A stretch of 63,725 bases of DNA, the filler included, from Octopus bimaculoides (taxonomy: Eukaryota), in NCBI RefSeq assembly GCF_001194135.2. It is 10 parts of 9 records of this genome, joined end to end, with 100 filler letters (N's around TTAATTAATTAA, not from the genome) between each part and the next. Parts side by side here need not be neighbours in the genome. Positions count along the whole stretch, not along the records: positions 62,343 to 63,725 come from NC_068982.1; 9 more parts are not named here. One strand, given 5' to 3'. Made by a program: the position numbers and the translations under genes. The notes beneath the pieces were generated by a model, which ran no database searches, had not been told where the DNA came from, and saw only the letters and a program-made list of their open reading frames with translations. This document shows positions 62,243-63,725 of the stretch, one piece after another. Every line of letters starts with the position of its first letter. The first letter of the stretch is position 1.

Positions 62243-63381
62243 NNNNNNNNNNNNNNNNNNNNNNNNNNNNNNNNNNNNNNNNNNNNTTAATTAATTAANN
62301 NNNNNNNNNNNNNNNNNNNNNNNNNNNNNNNNNNNNNNNNNNGCTATCGGCAGCCCACCTATCACTTCCGGAAGGCCCACTCCTCTCAATCAGGATCACC
62401 CACACACTACATGGGCCCCACCAGACTGGCTGGCACCGCCATGGGGGAAGGGACACATTTAGTTTGTCCATGCGAGGGCACATATTCGGCATTGTTTTAC
62501 AACCTATCGACATACCTCCCCACACGGACGTAAGCTCTTTCACCACGCCAAGGTAGTGTCCCAAAGGGTAAAGCTTGGCAGTGCATCCATCAATCAGGCA
62601 AAATTCAGTGGATCACCTCAATCGCCCATCATCCACTGAATCCCGAATGATCATAACATACCAAGCAAACCCAATGCTACATTCACCCACTGACTATTGG
62701 CGTCCTAGCTGCCAAAATATACCCTCACAGGGAAGGCACATAAATCCACCGCCACCTGTCACAGCGACATGCTCAAAGGCCATCGCAGGTGCACTCACTA
62801 CACGACAACTGGCCACCGACCATCTCTCGACTNNNNNNNNNNNNNNNNNNNNNNNNNNNNNNNNNNNNNNNNNNNNNNNNNNNNNNNNNNNNNNNNNNNN
62901 NNNNNNNNNNNNNNNNNNNNNNNNNNNNNNNNTACAAGTAAAACGAGAAACAATTTAACTGTAATAGCTGACACCTCCAACATTAAGCCTAATGATATAA
63001 ACCTTACCTCCTCAACTGCATTTAACCAAATGGAAATAACCTGCTAATCCATCCACCAGCTCTCTAATGAAATAGAGAAGGAACGATCAGTTGTGTGTAA
63101 ATTTAGTTATCTTCAAACGAATCCTTAGACATTCATATATTCTGTGGCATTGATTGAAAATAAGCAATGTTTGTCCAGTGGTGCAGCTTCTTGCCTAACA
63201 CAAGGGAGAATTTCGTATATTATGGCCACCGAGTAACTTAAAACTAAGCTTGCTGAAAGAGACAAACAAATTGCAGTGAAAATACTATAGAAATATTTCA
63301 CTGATCCGGAAATTATCATTGCGCGCAAACAATAAGTGGTCAGGTGGTACTAGTGTCGGCGTTTATTATTATTATCATTAT

Positions 63382-63725
63382 TTTATATTTGACTTTTGTT
63401 TTGCATTTGTACAAGTTGGATCCAAGTCTCACCCAGAGACCTCAAGAGACAACAAGTTAGAAGTTCATGTAGGTGTTATGCCTAGGGTACCATATATTTG
63501 GATTTGTACAGTTTTGTTCTAGTGAATGTTTAAGAAACCATAAGAAAATTATGTGTTTGTTTTAAAATTTGAGATCACATAGACAGTATTTTACGTAGGA
63601 TATGGGCAGTTCCCATGAGCACTATCTTTTGAACTTCAGCCAGTTTGGGGTTTCCTGGTATCTGAGCTAGGTAGTAATCAGCCCGTTTCGCTGTCATTCC
63701 CAGGGCACCTATGACAATAGGTATT
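63382..63725 (-). mobile_element. R4/Dong-like LINE 3' end (restriction-like endonuclease C-terminus plus 3' UTR)
   Basis: 63575-63724 translates without stops as IPIVIGALGMTAKRADYYLAQIPGNPKLAEVQKIVLMGTAHILRKILSM*. About 190 bp of UTR follows, then (AAT)n. Confidence 0.85.

Overview
AT-rich, microsatellite-dense, gap-ridden eukaryotic scaffold. It is most likely octopus: the tRNA-derived SINE families and the HTGEKPYHCDICGKSF-type zinc fingers fit coleoid cephalopods, but this is inference and no database check was run. No intact host gene is recognisable, and nearly all ORFs in the track are microsatellite or gap artefacts. What the sequence does support is a dense transposon landscape: at least four tRNA-SINE families; Penelope-like element (PLE) remnants with two different GIY-YIG endonuclease types and several hammerhead-ribozyme-like 3' tails; mariner and Tc1 remnants and MITEs; a hAT-like MITE; RTE and R4/Dong LINE 3' ends; and a Gypsy integrase remnant. 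It also holds a decayed C2H2 zinc-finger array of about 7 fingers, three long inverted repeats or palindromes, nine synthetic N44-TTAATTAATTAA-N44 gap linkers and three gap-flanking duplications that look like assembly artefacts. The best leads are (1) a graded series of hammerhead motifs from canonical (CUGAUGA) to variant cores (CUGUCGA, CUAUAGA), (2) a repeated identical SINE-into-SINE junction that suggests microhomology-primed, site-biased insertion, and (3) long fold-back elements that could form dsRNA.
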